DNA from: Ministeria vibrans ATCC 50519
Taxonomy: Eukaryota > Protista > Filasterea
DNA: 47,136 bases
Direction of reading: 5' to 3'
Assembly: GCA_943704425.1 (NCBI GenBank)
Contig: CALSCP010000031.1
Span: 53,380 to 100,515, forward strand
Positions 1-12,108 of this stretch are shown piece after piece. A model generated the notes under the pieces. The model did not search any database and was not told the DNA's origin. It worked only from the letters and a program-made list of their open reading frames with translations. Positions within the stretch are counted from its first letter, which is position 1. Each line of letters opens with the position of its first letter. The translations under genes and the position numbers were made by a program.

Positions 1-175
<175 letters not shown>

Positions 176-200
176 TTCATCTTCTTCTCTTGCTCACTAG

Positions 201-263
201 GAACTTGCGTTTTGCCAAGAAGCACAACGTCGTTCCCTCGAAGACGCCGGCTGAGACCAAGTG
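201..263 (+). CDS. Terminal exon of a gene starting upstream of the window (ELAFAKKHNVVPSKTPAETK*)
   Basis: Pyrimidine tract plus AG acceptor at 199-200, then an open frame to TGA. Product unknown. Confidence 0.5.
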
Positions 264-486
264 AATGAACATGCCATAAATACTTCTCCAATCTTCTCTG
301 ACTCGCCCCTTTGGATCAGATCACATACTAACGTACTCCTGTCCTTTCATCCGCGCTTTGCATTGGCACGTAGATTGATCATTCATATAACATATTGTGT
401 CAGGACTTCTTGAGAGTCTCACAGTTTCACTCAGTCACATGAAGAACTCACATTTCTTTTTTCTTCTTTTGCCTTCCCCCATTCGT

Positions 487-3400
487 ATGCGCCCATTCAT
501 TGAGGCCATTTGGACGCATCGATGGACAACAATCAAATACATCATTGCGCAAGTGGCGGCGCTCGTTCTTGCGCTGCACACGACCGGCGCGACCTTCTCG
601 CCGGCCGCCCTTCTCGTCGGAATCCTGCCCATCATCACCGCACCCCAGGCGCATGTCGGTGTCAACATTGAAGTGTGCATTCTTGCCGTGTCGGGCGGTC
701 TTCTGGGCGGTCTCCTGGCTGCGTTTGCCCTGACCGTCGCGCGCTATCAACAGCCGCTGCTGCTGCTCTTCATCTTTGTGTTCATCTTCGCTCTCACGCT
801 GATACGCGCCCGCTGGCAACGTCTCACGCCTGTCGCCATCTCAGCCGGCATCAGCATTGCCGCCAGTACACTCGGTGGCTACCAGAGCGACACGGTGAGA
901 TTCATGCCCGCCATCTATGCGTTTTTTGTCGGCGGCTCGCTCAGCCTGTCCGTGTCACTGCTCGTTCGACCCACATCAGCACGGCATGCTGTCATTGCTG
1001 CCGCATCACACACCCTTGGTCAGCTTGTGGCCCATCTCGAAACATCCATGGCGCTTCTACTAGACCCACTTGACGAGCCAGGAGCATCGAGGGCGCCCTT
1101 GCCTGGCGACACCAAACTCCTTGTTGAACCTCCCACTTTTCAAGTGCAATCACTTCCCATGAACCCAGCCATGGTCGAGACGTTTTTTGCCACGCTCATT
1201 CGTTCGCTTCTCGTCCTCTTTCCTTGTCTTCGCTCCATCCGCGCCCCTCGCTTCTGTCTCACACGCGCCGCTCGCTCCGTCATGGTGCTCACCCTCATTG
1301 CCTCTTCGGGCTCACCCAACGCTATCGTATGGCTCAAGGACCGCCAAGCGAGCGCCTGTGAACAATACGGTGCACTTCTAGACGACTTACGCAACCTGGC
1401 TCGTCCCCTCATGGTCGTCTCACACGCCACCATGCGCAAGTGTGTATGCGCACTCTCGCCCAAACGCACAGCCGAATCCCTCACCGCTCTCACTGAGTCT
1501 GACCGTCGCCAGTTGTGTGCAGCTCTCAACACCTTTGACGAGGCTGTCGATTCGTTTGTGTCGCGTGCAGTACGACCCGACCGCGATGCACTCGACCGTC
1601 TCAACTCCGTCTACGATCTCGTCTTTCTCATTCGTCGCATTGCCGGCGAGACCCTTTCACTCCTGGACGCCCTCCTTGAGCCTCCACTCGTCCTCCCTTA
1701 TTTCTGTTGCCACCCCAGTCATTGCTCCTCGTCTTCCTCTGCTTTCTCCACTTCCAACACCAACACCAACTTCGACACCACCACTGCCACCACCACCTCC
1801 CAGTCAGCATCTCTCCACCACCCTAACCAACGCGACCCTCTGCGCTCGTGGGTACAGCTATTTGATCTGCTCTCCGATGGCGACGATCCTCACGAGCTCG
1901 ACAAGAAGTTAGACACTGCGCCGACACCGTCACCCTCGTCTTCTACGACGCCTCATCATCGTCGCTCCTCCGTACGCCTCACCACTGCAGAGAGGGCTCG
2001 CCTCGCACAAGGAGTACATGCAGCACACCCAAACTCCGCCACTGTCGCTCCTGGTGCAGGCCGTGCTTCAAGTTCGTCCGTTGGCGATCATGAGCCTCTC
2101 ATGACGATGATGACGCAGTCCATGTCGCGCTCCACGTCAGCCCTGTCGCTCTTGCCCGTCGATGAACTGCCCTCGGTTGTGACAGACTGGGACGCCATCA
2201 CCGAGCTGGAAGAGGACCTTGTCAACGGAGTATACAACGCACAGCTGCCCGTCATGATGGGCTCGGGTGGCTCGTCGTCATCACCACACGCACCGCTCAC
2301 CGTCAGCTGCCGATTGCGTTTGTGGCATCTGCTGCAGTTTGCGCGTCGTGTCGAGGTCATCTACGCCTTTAAAGTGTCCCTCGTGGTGCTTCTCGTTGCC
2401 TACGGTACTCTGCAGTTAGTTGATCAGCAGCACGATTGGGCGCGAACCGGTGGCTTCTACACACTGCTGGCTATCATGGTGCTCGCGCAGCCCTTCTTTG
2501 GCCAGATGATGCTTGTGTCGCTTCTTCACGGTCTTGCCGTGCCTTTAGGCTGCCTATGGGCCTTTGCGACCATCTCGGCCTTTCCTAACGGCACTGTGCC
2601 GATTTTCACTGTCATGGCCCTGCTCATACTCATCCCCTGCGCTCATCTCAAGACCATCGTGGCGCCATGGCTCAAGTCTTTCTTTCACGTCATCCAGCTC
2701 ACCACCGTTATCATCATCACCTCCTACAACGACTGCCACAACCTTACGCAGGACACCGACTGCCTCTCCGCGCGCAGTCTTACCCTGCTCCAGCTGGGTG
2801 GTGCCGAGCTCGCCATTGTATGTGTTCTCTGTGCCTCGCGTCTGCTCTTTCCTTACCTTGCGCGCGTCGAATTGCGCCTCCTGGCAGGTCGCGTTGTCTA
2901 CAGCTTTGCCCTGCGCTACAGTGCTGTCATTACGCTCTTCATTGCAGGCGCATCGCGCTCTCACTCGCATCGCCACCACTTCCGTGCGTCGCGACAGGAG
3001 GTTGCTGTGCTCGAGGCCATAGCGCGCATGCGAGTGCTGCTCGAGGCAGCGCGACGCGAACCGCGTCTCAAGGGCCCCTTCAACAGCGACGTCTATGCCG
3101 AGCTCATCGATGTGCTCTATCACATGTGGGGCCATTTGTTGCGCATCCGCTTTGCTGTCGAGCGCGGTCTCGAAGCGAGCCGTGTCGACGTGGCCGCCTC
3201 CCATCGTCACAGCGTCTGGACCGGCAGTCAGATGGTCGTGCGTCGTCGCGAACTTGTTGAGACCGTGTACCAGCTGCTCTACATGGTTGCAGGCAGTCTT
3301 TCAACCAAGACCCCGCTACCCTACAGCATGCCCGATGTTCTGCACAAGTCGGCGGCGCTCCGTGACTGCCACGAGCGCATCTTGTGCGACCACGGCTGTC

Positions 3401-3735
3401 GTCCATCCCTCACAGGCTCTACCGGCGCTCAGGGCGTCCTCTACTTCTCGTCGTATGCCTGGCAGTCGCAGCAGTTTATTGCGCTCCTAGCTGACGTGTG
3501 GACACTTGCCAGTCGTCTCCATGGCACCACCGACCGGCTCTCTCGCGCCTTTCGTCTCTACTCCTACAAGCTGCAGCACATGGAGCGACAGTTGGAGGAG
3601 GAAAGCAGAGCGACTCACTCGCAACCTTTCACCGTGGGTGGTGGTGACGACAGTCGCAGCGTTCTTAGCAGCACCATTGTCGACGAAAGCGCAGCCGAGG
3701 GTGGCTCTGCCATTGACTTTGAGAGCTCTGTCTAA
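487..3735 (+). CDS. ALMT/FUSC (aromatic acid exporter-like) multi-pass membrane protein
   Basis: Long single ORF. Two hydrophobic clusters of about 5-6 helices (N-terminal, and from YAFKVSLVVLL) are separated by a Ser/Thr-rich loop. The C-terminal motif LLEAARREPRLKGPFNSDVY resembles fungal ArAE/FUSC-like proteins. The start may be ATG 439 or 487. Confidence 0.7.
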   Translation: MRPFIEAIWTHRWTTIKYIIAQVAALVLALHTTGATFSPAALLVGILPIITAPQAHVGVNIEVCILAVSGGLLGGLLAAFALTVARYQQPLLLLFIFVFIFALTLIRARWQRLTPVAISAGISIAASTLGGYQSDTVRFMPAIYAFFVGGSLSLSVSLLVRPTSARHAVIAAASHTLGQLVAHLETSMALLLDPLDEPGASRAPLPGDTKLLVEPPTFQVQSLPMNPAMVETFFATLIRSLLVLFPCLRSIRAPRFCLTRAARSVMVLTLIASSGSPNAIVWLKDRQASACEQYGALLDDLRNLARPLMVVSHATMRKCVCALSPKRTAESLTALTESDRRQLCAALNTFDEAVDSFVSRAVRPDRDALDRLNSVYDLVFLIRRIAGETLSLLDALLEPPLVLPYFCCHPSHCSSSSSAFSTSNTNTNFDTTTATTTSQSASLHHPNQRDPLRSWVQLFDLLSDGDDPHELDKKLDTAPTPSPSSSTTPHHRRSSVRLTTAERARLAQGVHAAHPNSATVAPGAGRASSSSVGDHEPLMTMMTQSMSRSTSALSLLPVDELPSVVTDWDAITELEEDLVNGVYNAQLPVMMGSGGSSSSPHAPLTVSCRLRLWHLLQFARRVEVIYAFKVSLVVLLVAYGTLQLVDQQHDWARTGGFYTLLAIMVLAQPFFGQMMLVSLLHGLAVPLGCLWAFATISAFPNGTVPIFTVMALLILIPCAHLKTIVAPWLKSFFHVIQLTTVIIITSYNDCHNLTQDTDCLSARSLTLLQLGGAELAIVCVLCASRLLFPYLARVELRLLAGRVVYSFALRYSAVITLFIAGASRSHSHRHHFRASRQEVAVLEAIARMRVLLEAARREPRLKGPFNSDVYAELIDVLYHMWGHLLRIRFAVERGLEASRVDVAASHRHSVWTGSQMVVRRRELVETVYQLLYMVAGSLSTKTPLPYSMPDVLHKSAALRDCHERILCDHGCRPSLTGSTGAQGVLYFSSYAWQSQQFIALLADVWTLASRLHGTTDRLSRAFRLYSYKLQHMERQLEEESRATHSQPFTVGGGDDSRSVLSSTIVDESAAEGGSAIDFESSV

Positions 3736-4069
3736 GTTGTTAATATAATGACACGATTGTATCAAATTATTATTGTTATAATACACACAATATACAACTT
3801 TGAACTATGAACTGTCCATTTAAGGTTTCAACTATCAAGTTTTAAGTCTTAAGTCTTAACAACACTTAGCTGTGACCTAAGTGAACCCACAAAACGAAAA
3901 ACAGTAAAGCCAGAGACATAATCAATCGTATAGTCATCAAAGCTATCTCTTGACTCTACTTGTCTCTTCTCTGATCTCTCCAAAGTCTAACACTTAACAG
4001 TATATTTCTCGTTTTCCCTTTGGTGTACCTTCATTGTACGGTTTTGGTCACTGCCATTGGGCACACGCA

Positions 4070-7000
4070 ATGGCCGGTCAACGTATCGATGAAAACAATC
4101 TCGTACGCTCAAGTCCAAAGTTCGCTCAGTCACCCGTTGTCCTCCCGCGCCCTCCCGCCCGCGCCCCCGCTGCCCCGACCCCCCGCATCATCTCGCATGT
4201 GATCCCCTGCGCCCCCTGCGCCCCCTCCCCCTCGTCCATGTCGCTGTTGAGTGAGCACAGGCGGTGTTTTCCTCCTGAAAACGCTGAGGGTCGTTTGCGC
4301 TGCTCCACACGCACTCACACCCCGCCTCGCCCTGCCTAGTACACTGCTCTCTACGACTACGCCCCGCAGGCCAGCGATGAGATCACCCTTCGTAAGGGCG
4401 ATACGGTACACACACACACAAAAATATCTCTTTTTCCTTTTTTTTTTTTTTTTTTTTTTTTCCCTCTCTCTCTCTCTTTTCGTACGTGACCTTCTGACAC
4501 TCGTTCTCGTTGTGGTGTTGCAGTCTGGTCTGGCGCCTGGCAATTACTTTGAGAAGATCTCGGTGGGAGGGGGCGGCTCGACGGCGCAAGCAGACTATCG
4601 CAGTCGCCAGCCAGTTGCGCCCAGCGGAGTCGACTCGCCGCTCCCTCCGGCTGCACTGGCCGCGCGCGCTGCCGGCGGCGAGGGCAGGATGCCGCCGCCC
4701 GTCCCCGAGAACGACTACAACAAGGCCAGGTCAAAGGAGAGTGTCATGGCCTACTTCCAGCAGCAGATGAGTGTGGACGCAGCAGACGGCGACGGCGACG
4801 CCTACTACCTGCCCCAGGACTACCTCACCGACCCCAACATGCCACCCCCCTTCAAGCGCGACGCCAACGACCGTGACTCGGACACCTACGTGTTGCCCCA
4901 AGATGCCACGCCGGGCTGGAACAAGTCCAACGCGTCGTCAGCGCGACTGCCCGAAAAGGCCGACAGGGCACTTCCACGCCGACCTCCCACCGCCGTGTTC
5001 GGTACGTCCGGCCACAATGTCAACGCAGATCGTGTCTCCAAGGCAAGCCTTGCTTCTGTCACGACCTCGTTGTCATCATCGACCCTCCAGGACGCCACGT
5101 ACGTCCTGCCGCAGGACATGGCAGGTGACGGCGTCGAAACCCCCGCGCTTCCCCCACGCAAACCGCCTCTACCCCATATGGAACGCCTCAAGGACCATCC
5201 CCAGCGCACCCAAAGCGAGCGCACCAAACGGCCAGCGACAGGCACCTTTGAGAACCCACCGCCTCCCGCCACGTCACCCCGCCAGCCTCCCGTGCGCGCC
5301 TGCAGCCAATCTGCGTCCTCTAGCATCAGCACCTCACAGCGCCCCGTTCCTCCCATCCCATCGCCCACCACTCCCTCGTCCGCTCTTCCTCCCGCACTCC
5401 CACCGGCTGACTCTCCAGCGCAGCCCGCGCTTCCCAAGAAGGGCGGTACTTTCACTCGCAAAATGAAGTCGCGTCTCGACAACAGTCGCAAGCGCTACAA
5501 CATCACCGAAGAGATCATCCAGACCGAGCGCAAGTACGTCACTCATCTCCAGGAGGTCAAGCAGTTCTTCATTGTGCCCCTCAAAGTACTCACAAGAAAA
5601 AAACGATAATTATTATTATTATAATTATTATTATTATTATTATTAGTATTAATTGTAATTATTATGATTGTGTGTTTCTTTCTTAGCAAATGCAAAAGCC
5701 CGTTTTGAAACCGGAAGAGATCAATGTAATCTTCTCGAACATTGAGTCGCTGTACGGCGTCAACTTTACAATCTTGGCGTCGCTTAACGATCGGTTCAAT
5801 GACTACGACCCGGACAAGACGATGATTGGAGACATCTTTGCCAAGATGGCACCCTTTCTTAAGCTGTACGAGAACTATTGCAACTCACATGCACAGTCGT
5901 CGGCGCTCCTCAACCAGAAGATCAAGGACAACGCAAAGTTCAAGCAGTTTCTCGTGCAGGCGCGCGCCAACCAGACAATCCCACAGTCGCTCGACTCGCT
6001 TCTCCTCATGCCTATCCAGCGCATCCCACGCTACAACCTGCTTCTCGAGGACCTTTTCAAGCATACCGACGAGGCACATCCTGATTTTGCCAATCTCTCT
6101 GCTGCCGTCGCTCTTCTCCGAAAGGTATCGTTTGGTGTTACCTCAGCTTGCATTCGCGTTCATGGATGTGCAGTCAATCGTCATGTCGCCCCAACCCTTT
6201 TCACCGGCTCTTTTATAAATTAATTGTGGTTGTCGTCGTTTGTAGGTGTCGTTTGACCTGAATGAGAATGTGCGTCGCATCGAGAACGAACACAAGACGG
6301 TGTCGATTGAAATGATGTTTGACAAGGGCGACCGTGTGAGTATTGTCGAAGGGAGTCGTACGTTTGACGCGGGCGCTGTACCGTCGGGCCACAGTGCAGC
6401 GAGTCGCGCCAAAAGCCGTGTCGAAGCCACCGACGACGATCCCATTTCTGCTGCCTTCTCTGCTTCTCAGTATGTTATCGAGCGCTCTCTATCGCTTTGT
6501 TTCTATCTCTCTTCTTACTTTTATAACTTGATTTTTTTTTTGTTTTTCTGCTTTTCAGGACTACTGCGCGATCGAAAGTGTACACCAAAGCAGACCGACA
6601 GTTTGAGCTTGACGCAGCAGATGGCAGCAAGGAGGTTGTGCGCGAGCCTCGGAGGTTTGTCAAGGAGGGTACTCTGATGTACAAGCGCGACGGAAACCGT
6701 CGAGGCGAAGAGCGCACTGTGTTCCTGTTTACCGATCTGCTTGTTTTGGCACAGCGCAAGGGCCCTGACGCGTACCGTCTGAAGGAGCGTGTTCGTCTGC
6801 AAGAGGCCTGGGTCGCAGACGCTCTCGACGACGCCAAAACAAGTAAGTTTGCTCTAGTGCAATGATGTGGCTCACGCACGCACACACACACACACACACA
6901 CACACTCGCATCACTGCGTTTCTCTCTCACTTTGTTTGGTTCTTTCTCACTTTGGTTCTTTCTCTCTCTCACTTTGCTTCTCTCAATCACTTACTTCATG

Positions 7001-7406
7001 TTTGTCTGTTTAGCATTTGTGTTTGGAACGTCGAAGAATGTGTACACTTTGTTGTCTCAGTCGCCAGAGGACGCACTGGACTGGCAAGAGAAGATTAGCG
7101 ATAGAATTTCACATCAAAAGAAGCTCCTTGTCAAGTACATTTCGCGCTTTGACATTCCTGACAACATTTCAGAGGGGCGCATTATGCGCGCGAGACTTGA
7201 TTACCGAGGATCAGCCGATGCAGGTATGCATCCCTTCACAGTGTGTCACCAGAGCAGTTCATGTTGACCCGATGGCTCTCTGTTATAGAAATCTCGTTCA
7301 ATCGAGGCGACACACTGACTGTGATTCCCGGGGTGCTGGGCTATTCGATTGAGGATACCTGGCTACAAGGGTTCCTTGGTAACACTTTTGGTAAGCAGCA
7401 GGGGAC

Positions 7407-7457
<51 letters not shown>

Positions 7458-8666
7458 AAGTGATAGAGAGAGAGAAACAAAGTGATAGAGAGAGAGAAAC
7501 AAAGTGATAGAGAGAGAGAAACAAAGTGATAGAGAGAGAGAGAAACAAAGTGATAGAGAGAGAGAAACAAAGTGATAGAGAGAGAGAAACAAGTGATAGA
7601 GAGAGAGAAACAAAGTGATAGAGGGAGAGAAACAAAGTGATAGAGAAGCAAAGTGATAGAGAGAGAGAAAAACAGAGATACACATATACAGTGAAACGAC
7701 CCTAATACGTCTCTTTCTTCATCACTCTGTTTTCTCTCTCTATCGATGTGTTCATTTCTCCCTTCTCTGTCACTTTGTTTCTATCTCCCTCATCTCCCTT
7801 TAGGGTGGTTTCCGGCCGGCTGTGTGCGCAACACTGAGCCAGGCGCCGAGCATGACTGGCGTCAATACGAGAAGCGCATGCTCACCCTCGACGAAATCTA
7901 CACCATCAAACTCAGAATGCTCAATGTAAAACAAACCCTACAACAGCGAGATGTAGAGAGATGTCACTCATGCGTTGGTTTTTGTTTCTTCCGTTTTTTT
8001 ATTCGTTGTTGTCCCACAGCTCAAAGGCGGGTTTTGCTACGAGCGACGGCCGAGCGACAACCCCGCAAGCGACCAGGCAGATCCGTTGAAGCTCCTGCGA
8101 GTGTATAGCATGGCCGGAACATACAAGATGATTGAGATTGACTCGGACATGACGGTAGAGGACACCATTGCCAAGTTCCTCTTCAAGGTCAAAATTGACG
8201 ATGATCCAGAGAATTTTCAACTCTACGAAATCTCAGACGATAAGTCCCGTAAGACTCTCCCCTGCACACAATAATAATTTGTTCGACTCAATTATTCTGA
8301 ATGTGTGTGTGTGGTGCAGTCCACAATCGTCTTCAGGCTGACGAGCGACCGTACTATCGACGCACTCTGTGGGGAGCGCATCTTGTCAAAATCAAATATG
8401 TGATCAAGGTATGTCACTTTTTTTTTTTTTTTTTTTTTTTTTTTNNNNNNNNNNCCGCAACCGCGTCTCAGTCCAACTCGCCGGCTGTCCGTCAAGTGTC
8501 AGCCAATCCTTTGGATTTTTTTTTGGCTTTCGAGTGTCGCTTTCCCTCCTCTTTCGCTCTATTCTTTTATCCTTTCACGCACTCACTGATGTTAACTGTT
8601 GCTTAGGACGTCGGAACGCCCATCTTCAGAGCGCAGTTCGATGAGTTGCCCAACGTCGCAGTGTAA
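4070..8666 (+). CDS. Multi-exon RhoGEF: SH3 (incomplete)-Pro-rich-DH-PH-SH3-RA-like
   Basis: Spliced start MAGQRIDENNL|YTALYDYAPQASDEITLRKGDT|SGLAPGNY (SH3). DH: EEIIQTERKYV...IFSNIESL...LLLMPIQRIPRYNLLLEDL. PH: FVKEGTL...VFLFTDLLVLA...DWQEKI. Second SH3: ARLDY..EISFNRGD..WLQG..GWFPAGCV. RA/ubiquitin-like: LRVYSMAGTYKMIEIDSDMTVEDTI..FQLYEI..LQADERP. Last exon DVGTPIFRAQFDELPNVAV*. Confidence 0.85.
7412..7680. repeat. (GA)n plus tandem array of about 20-bp GAGAGAGAAACAAAGTGATA units, intronic
   Basis: About 10 near-identical units are directly visible. Confidence 0.95.
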
Positions 8667-9007
8667 AATCAGTTTTCTTCGAGAGCAAACAAACAAACAC
8701 AAGAGATAGAGAGAGAAGTGAATCATACACGAAAGGATTGTTGAAAAAAATACTATAAAATTTAATATTATTATTATATTGGGACGGCTGTGACACCACC
8801 GGAAGGCGCAAGCGGGACGCTATTCATAAATCATGACTTCATGAGAAAAGCTACCGAGGCACCGACGAAAATGTGCCCGCGACAGCATTGAAATTTATTG
8901 ACGCGCAGATCATTGAGAAAGAGTCAAATTAATCAAGTCCGTCGCGACATTAATTATACATTCGACAAAAAATCTGAAATCACAATTTTTCCCTTTCTCT
9001 GTTGGCC

Positions 9008-9334
9008 ATGGATGACGACGTGGTCTGCCGCGTGTGTCGCTCTGATGAACCCACGCTCTTCCACCCGTGCAAGTGCACCGGGACGATCAAATACATTCAT
9101 GAGCAATGGTATTCGTGTCGTTTGTGCTCTCGTTTGCTCTTAACATTTTCGTCCTGAAAACTTCTACAGCCTCCAAATGTGGCTACAGCGCAGCCGCAAG
9201 ACCTTTTGCGAGCTGTGCAAACACGAGTTTACCTTTTCGCCCGTGTACGTCGACGGAGCTCCCAAATCAATTCCTCTCTCGTCCGTCCTCGACAAGTTTG
9301 GAAAGGTACTGAGTTGTCAAACGAAAGGGGACTC

Positions 9335-9375
<41 letters not shown>

Positions 9376-12057
9376 GCTAGAAATTTGTGTACGCTGGACG
9401 GTGTCTTTTCCGGTGGTTACTTGCAGTGCTGTTCCTCTTGGTGTTGGTGCCGCTCGAGATGCAAGCGACGCGGCGCATTCTGTTTGTGTGCGAATGGAAA
9501 TCGATGGGCTCCATTCTGGCAGCGTACTCGTACGACTGGCTGGTCCTTGCGCTCTCCATCGCCACCTTCACCGCCCTTATTTCCATACGTGACTACATTA
9601 CAACAAACAAGATTGGCCCGCTGTTCGACCAGGCCGACCATCACCTGGACGACCTGAGGGCGACCCTTCAGGCGGGCATTGAGGATATTGCCACGGCCGA
9701 ACAGCTCCTCCGTGTCTATGCAAACGCCGACGACGACGACAATGGAGAGAACCACAACGCAAACGATGGAGAAGATGCGGATGCGGAAAGGATTGACGAA
9801 GAGCACGGCGGCGAAGACGAGTGGGTGGACGACGACGAAGAGGACGAGGAGGGGCAACTCCTTCGCGCTCACCAGGCGCGTGTGGATTTTAGGCTGCAAG
9901 ATGAGACTGCTGCTCTTCGGGCGCAACAACTTGCCTTTGTTAACGACGAAGAGAACGTGAATGATGCCAACAATGGAGCAGTCGAGAACGAAGAAGAGCG
10001 TGAAGAAGTGCACGATGAGGAAGGAGAGCAGGAGGAGGAAGAGGAAGAGCCCACTGTCGACATTGGCACACTCATGTACAAGTTCATATTCCCACCCGAT
10101 GACGACACCACCTCCGTGTGGCGTGCCATTGGTGCCATTGGCTTCTTTTCGCTCCAATTCGTCATCATCTACACGATCATTGTCGCCTGCTTCATGTTCC
10201 TTCCGTACCATGTCGCACAGCAGGCACTCTCGCTCAGTACCCTCCTTCTGCGCAACACAACCACTGGCACCGCACTTTCCCCCGTCACCGCGTTCCTAAC
10301 CAACACCACACTCTCGCACACGACACTGTCCACTGCCGCAGCACATTACACCGCCACGTGTGTCCTCGGCTACATCTTCACCTCCCTCCTCCTCTCTGTC
10401 CAGCTCACTCTCGCCCGCTCCCTCACCACACCCTTGTTTCGCCACCAGTATCCCTCCCTCGCCTTTTTTGCGCACGATCTTCCCTGGTACTTTATTGCCA
10501 CCACCAAACTTGTCACTGTGCTTCTCCTCGAAACCTTTCTCCTGCCCTTTGCCACGGGTTGCCTCATTGACCTGTGCACTCTGCGACTCACGGGCGCCAC
10601 CATTTCCGCTCGCATCGCCTTTCACGCAGCCCACCCGGCCTCGTCCCTCGTCATTCACTGGGTCATTGGCTTGCTCTTTGTCTTCAATTTCACCGCCTTT
10701 GTAGACTCGGCCCGTCGTCTCCTGCGTCCCACTCTCTTCTGGTTCATCTACGATCCCGACGATCCCTCCTTCCTCCCCGTCAAACTGCGCCTTACCTCTT
10801 CCACTCTGCGTCTTGCCGTTCACATCGTGTGCAACGTTCTTCTCAGCGCCCTCGCCGTCTTCCTCGTCTTCTACCTGCCTGCCCGACTTCTCCTGCGCCT
10901 CTACCCATCCTTTCTGCCCCTCCATCTTGCCCTCCACTCCCCCATCATCGAAATCCCTATCGACCTCTTCATCCTTCACATCGCCCTCCCATTTGTCGCT
11001 GCTAACCTCGACCTCCTGCGCCTCATGGAGTCCTTCGTCACCATCTTTGCCTCGCACGTCGGCCACCTTCTTCGCCTCCACCCCTACCTCTTTGGCCAGC
11101 CCGTCGGTTCCCCCGACTACCCGCGCGACAATGATCGTTCCCTGCCTGTACGCATTGCCGCTGCCCTGGTTGCCCTGGCTCTCACAACCTCCCTCGTCTC
11201 CCTCGCCTACATCACCATCACAATCTCCCTTGGCCGCTTTCTGCTCTGGCACCTCCTTCCCATTCCCAATCTGCCCCGTCTCCCCGACCCTTACACCTAT
11301 GTTCTCGGCAATGCGGCCCTCATTGCTCTTGCCCGTCCCCTCCTCTGGATCCTTCACAACACACCGATGCTCCTCCAGCGCCTCTTGCACATCCGTCTTG
11401 TCGCTCTCGCCGCCATCCCCCGCTCGCTTTACCACCTCTCTCTCACATTCATTTCTTTCTTTGTCCTGACACCCCTCCTTATTGGCACTATTTTTGACGC
11501 CACTCTTCTCACTCCCTTCTTTGTCTCTCTCGAGCGCACGCCCCTCTACTACCCAGTCCAAGTAAGCGCCTGATTGATTTGTTGAATACTCTCTTTTTAT
11601 GATCGCCCCCCCACCCTCATTTTTTGCTTGTTTTCTCTCACTTTTACAGTGCTGGTCTCTTGGTCTTGTTCTCCTACGTGTGCTCGTGAGTCTTCTGTCG
11701 GCCTTTGCCGAGCAGACAACGCTGAGTCGCGCCATCACACAGGTCCGCCAACAGCCCTTCCTGCAGCTTAATGCCCACCTCGTCATTCAACGCATTGTTT
11801 GGCCTATCTGCGAGCCACTTATTGTGGCACTGACCCTCCCGCATCTGTTGTCGCGCGCCTACACCCTCCTGGCACAACCCCAACATACGACGGCACTCTT
11901 CGCACTGCGCTATGCGCATGTTCTCGCCGCCGCCCTCTCCTCCAGCGCCCTCGTTGTCTATGCCTGCCTTCGTGCCTACCAGTCGACCGCAAAGCAAATC
12001 TTCAACGACCACTACCTCGTTGGAGTGCGACTGCAAAATCGGGATGAGACCGACTAG
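9008..12057 (+). CDS. MARCHF6: RING-CH ERAD E3 ubiquitin ligase, MARCH6/Doa10 family
   Basis: Spliced RINGv [28 protein letters not shown]|[19 protein letters not shown], an acidic loop and many TM helices. TD-domain-like HWVIG...[21 protein letters not shown]-terminal element [14 protein letters not shown]. Confidence 0.92.
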
Positions 12058-12108
12058 TAAACCAACTGTACCTTTCATACTGTATAATCTTTATTGTTAT
12101 TATTAATG

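Noticed and set aside
4034-4405. Stop-codon readthrough or a variant genetic code at the in-frame TAG 4337-4339
   Set aside because: The TAG is the splice acceptor of a phase-0 intron (4103-4339). TAA, TAG and TGA all terminate genes in this window.
7412-7680. CRISPR-like array
   Set aside because: The units are contiguous tandem repeats with no unique spacers, the context is a eukaryotic intron, and there are no cas genes.
10296-11786. 496-aa antisense ORF, and the 641-aa alternate-frame ORF at 15555-17480
   Set aside because: They are shadows of codon-biased real genes and have no recognisable motifs.
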